The position numbers and the translations under genes are program-made. Below are positions 61,398 through 64,000 of a stretch of 64,000 nucleotides of DNA, piece after piece. How positions within the stretch are numbered: the first letter of the stretch is position 1; the number at the start of each line of letters is the position of its first letter. The stretch is from an uncultured Chloroflexia bacterium (lineage in GTDB: Bacteria; Chloroflexota; Limnocylindria; Limnocylindrales; CSP1-4), in the NCBI GenBank assembly GCA_963833225.1, contig CAWHXD010000017.1, positions 32,001 to 96,000 on the forward strand, given 5' to 3'. The notes beneath the pieces were generated by a model. It did no database searches. It was not told the DNA's origin and saw only the letters and a program-made list of their open reading frames with translations.

Positions 61398-63014
61398 TCA
61401 GGGGGTGTAGAAGTCCACCACGAGGCGAACCCGGCCGCCCGACACCCAGACCCCGATCCCGACCTCGTGGAACTGGGCATTCATCAGGTTGACGTAGTGG
61501 CCGCCGTTGTACGACTTCTCGCTCTGGAAGTAGCGGTGGGATCCGAGCACCGCGGAGTACGGGTTGCCCGACCGGCAGCCCAGGTTCTCGCCCCAGCGGT
61601 AGCTCGTGTAGCCGGCCCGGCGGAGGCGATCTCCGGGCGTCCCGCCAACGAAGTGGTCGCACAGGTTGCGCGTCGCCAGGAGCTTCGCGTACGGGCGCGA
61701 GACGTGGGTGCTGATCCCCGCGTTGAGCTTGAGGGCCGCCACGTTGCGGCCGCCCGGTGAGGAGCACTTGCCGTCCGACGTGACCCAGCCGCCCGTCCGC
61801 GTGCAGTTCATGAGCCTCAGGTAGTAGGTCTCGACGCCGTACCAGCTGGCCGAGACGGCGCCCCCTCCCCACTGCGCGGGATCGGTGTCGTCTTGGGTGC
61901 CGGCGACGAGGGCTGCTTGGGCTTGGCGGCGACGGTGAAGGTGCCGCTGGTGGGCTCGGCGATGGGGGCGCCCACCTTGGACACCGCCGTGGCGTCCACC
62001 GTCGCCTTGACCTTCGCCTTGTACGGGAGGGCCTTGTCCGGGACGAAGACCAGGACCGTGCTCGAATTCAGCCCACGTGATCTTGCCGGTGATCGCCTTG
62101 CCGTCGATCGTGACGCTGAAGGCCTTTGCCGTCGCCTTCTTGTTCATCGCATCGGTGAAGCGCACGGAGATGGCCGCGGTTCGATCCACCTTGGTCTCAC
62201 CCGCGACCGGGCGGAAGCGCACGACCTCCGGAGCACCGGCTGTCGCCACCGTCAGCGACGGCACGGTGGCGAACGGCACCCCATCCGCGTCCATCAGGCC
62301 ATCGAGCACGAGCCGATAGGTCGTATCGACCGCGAGCGGTCCGGTCGGCGTGAACAGGAACTCGCCCGCGGCGGCCCCGGCGCGCACGGTCCCGGGCACC
62401 GGAGGGTCCGTGCTGAGCGCTGCCGTCACCGCCGCCAGTGCCATGGGACGGTCGAGGACGATGCGGAACGCCGTGTCGATCCGGACTCGCTTGCCGCTGG
62501 CCCGCGTGGCCTCGATCTCACCGGTTCCGGCCGTCGCAGTGAGCACGGCGGCGCGAACGGGCGCAGCGAGGGCACCTCCATCGGCCGCTCGCGCGGCGGA
62601 CGTCACGGTCAGGACGTAGAGCGTGTCGGGCTGCCAGGAGGTCCGGGGGCGGATCGTCAGGACACGGCCCGTGTCGTCCCACGCGAAGTCCACCGCCGAG
62701 TCGGGAACGAGCCGCATGGCGGCCGCAACGGACGCCGCGTCCATGGGGGCGTCGAACTGGACGCGAAGCGGCTCCTTGAGCCCGTGGCCCGTCGTGAGAG
62801 CCTCGATGACTCGGGCATCGACCGGGGCCGGTTTGGCCGATACCGGGATGGCGTTGCTCGGTGCCGGCGGCAGGCCCGCCATCACGACCAGGGCGACAAC
62901 CAATGCGGCAGCGAGCCCGGCCGCCACGCGCGTCGCCCCGGCACGGCCGAGGAGCGCGAGGTAGACGAGCAACAGCACGGGCAGCGCGAGCAGGGTCGCA
63001 CCGAGCTTCCGCAA
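61398..63014 (-). CDS. Secreted or membrane-anchored protein with three Big_5-like Ig domains and a C-terminal CAP/SCP domain; two compensating frameshifts (~62065, ~61870)
   Basis: Repeated FDAPMD / LDRPMA / FTDAMN...P..L...T.Y units, then LMNCTR...GDRLRRAGY..WGENLG...GHYVNLMN..F.EVGIG; TTG start after GGAGG. Confidence 0.8.
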   Translation of the reverse strand: MRKLGATLLALPVLLLVYLALLGRAGATRVAAGLAAALVVALVVMAGLPPAPSNAIPVSAKPAPVDARVIEALTTGHGLKEPLRVQFDAPMDAASVAAAMRLVPDSAVDFAWDDTGRVLTIRPRTSWQPDTLYVLTVTSAARAADGGALAAPVRAAVLTATAGTGEIEATRASGKRVRIDTAFRIVLDRPMALAAVTAALSTDPPVPGTVRAGAAAGEFLFTPTGPLAVDTTYRLVLDGLMDADGVPFATVPSLTVATAGAPEVVRFRPVAGETKVDRTAAISVRFTDAMNKKATAKAFSVTIDGKAITGKITWAEFEHGPGLRPGQGPPVQGEGQGDGGRHGGVQGGRPHRRAHQRHLHRRRQAQAALVAGTQDDTDPAQWGGGAVSASWYGVETYYLRLMNCTRTGGWVTSDGKCSSPGGRNVAALKLNAGISTHVSRPYAKLLATRNLCDHFVGGTPGDRLRRAGYTSYRWGENLGCRSGNPYSAVLGSHRYFQSEKSYNGGHYVNLMNAQFHEVGIGVWVSGGRVRLVVDFYTP

Positions 63015-63158
63015 TACGTCGTCCTCCATCCAGTCCGCCGGGACATCCGCGATCGTCGGCGCCGGCACCCGGGGACGAGACCGGCAGGCAACCGGTCGCG
63101 GTTCGGCGGCAGCGTACCACCCGGGGCCGTGAATCAGCCAGCGCCCGGCCCCGTGCCG

Positions 63159-64000
63159 TCATGCGGCGGGGCGGCGCGTCCGGCCCGCGATGCCTGCGCT
63201 GGACGTGTGCGCACGGCCCCGTCGTCCCGCCAGCGCCCCGGTTGGCCGGTAGCGCCCGAACGTCTCGAGCACGAGACCGCGGAGCTCGAGGGTGGTCAGC
63301 GCGCCCAGGATCGTCGCGCTCCGGGCCCCGGTGGCAGCCACCAGGTCATCGACGGTCCCCAGGCCGGCCGCCAGATGCGCCGCGACCGCCTGCTCGGTGC
63401 TCGTCATCCCCGCCACGAGCGCGTCGCCCGCGGCGAGCGGCCGGCCACCGGCGGCGAGCAGGCCAAGGTCCTCGAGCAGCTCCGGGATCCCGGCCACGAT
63501 CCGGGCCTCGGGGCCGGCCTCGCGCAGGAACGCCAGGCAGCCGGCGACAGCCGGGTCATCCAGCCGCCCCGGCACGATGTGCAGCGATCTCCCCTGTTCG
63601 AGCGCCCAGGCAGCGGTGGTCAGGGCTCCACTCCTCGCGCCCGCCTCGACAACGACGTCGCATCCGCGAGGCCGCTGATGATCCGGTTCCGGCGCGGGAA
63701 CGTCCCCCGCGACGGCTGCGTCTCCGGCGGGAACTCGCTCAGGACCGCGCCGCCCGAGGCCGCGATCTGCCGCGCCAGCGCCCGGTGAGCGGCGGGGTAC
63801 AGGCGCTCGTGGCCACCGCCGATCACCGCCACCGTGGGGGCGCCCGCCCGGACGGCGGCCGCGTGCGCGGCACCGTCGATGCCCAGCGCCAGCCCCGACA
63901 CGATCGTGGCACCGAGGGCCGCGACGCCATCGGCGATGCGGGCCGCGATCGCCCGTCCGAGCGCGGTCGGACGCCGGGTCCCGACGATGGCGATGGACCG
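63159..64000 (-). CDS. dprA: DNA-processing protein DprA (Smf), 5' end beyond the window; apparent 1-nt deletion near 63658
   Basis: AIVGTR, VSGLALGIDGAAH and FPRRNRIISGL, then after the shift VVVEAGARSGALTTA..ALEQGR..VPG; winged-helix tail LTTLELRG. Confidence 0.92.
   Translation of the reverse strand, partial: VHRHRRDPASDRARTGDRGPHRRWRRGPRCHDRVGAGAGHRRCRARGRRPGGRPHGGGDRRWPRAPVPRRSPGAGAADRGLGRRGPERVPAGDAAVAGDVPAPEPDHQRPRGCDVVVEAGARSGALTTAAWALEQGRSLHIVPGRLDDPAVAGCLAFLREAGPEARIVAGIPELLEDLGLLAAGGRPLAAGDALVAGMTSTEQAVAAHLAAGLGTVDDLVAATGARSATILGALTTLELRGLVLETFGRYRPTGALAGRRGRAHTSSAGIAGRTRRPAA

Overview
High-GC bacterial core-genome window with most genes on the minus strand. Gene content, the EF-P 'MGRG' loop, the MurE 'EDPR' motif and the FtsA-like/baseplate-J-like pair suggest Chloroflexota, possibly a Limnocylindria-like lineage; this is inference, not a database result. 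In minus-strand order it holds dprA, a Big_5/CAP surface protein, topA-xerC-murJ-fem-fem-murE, rel, hisS, aspS, a class II uvrA, typA, iscS-mnmA, alaS-[ftsA-like]-[baseplate-J-like membrane protein]-ruvX-mltG-peptidase-efp, xseAB-dxs-tlyA-nadK-recN-xerD and scpAB-rluB-cmk-plsC-ispH-der-tRNA-Pro(GGG), followed by a small accessory region. The best candidate for an undescribed system is an orphan FtsA-like actin ATPase paired with a single-pass membrane protein that has a STAS-like cytoplasmic head and a phage baseplate-J-like ectodomain, inserted in the alaS-ruvX-mltG operon with no phage genes nearby. Other points are a decayed copy of the tRNA-Pro gene plus flank bracketing a glycosyltransferase, tandem Fem ligases with a non-DAP MurE, and pervasive leaderless promoters. 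About nine single-base frameshifts, some in essential genes, look like long-read assembly errors. No CRISPR array, rRNA, transposase or prophage was seen.
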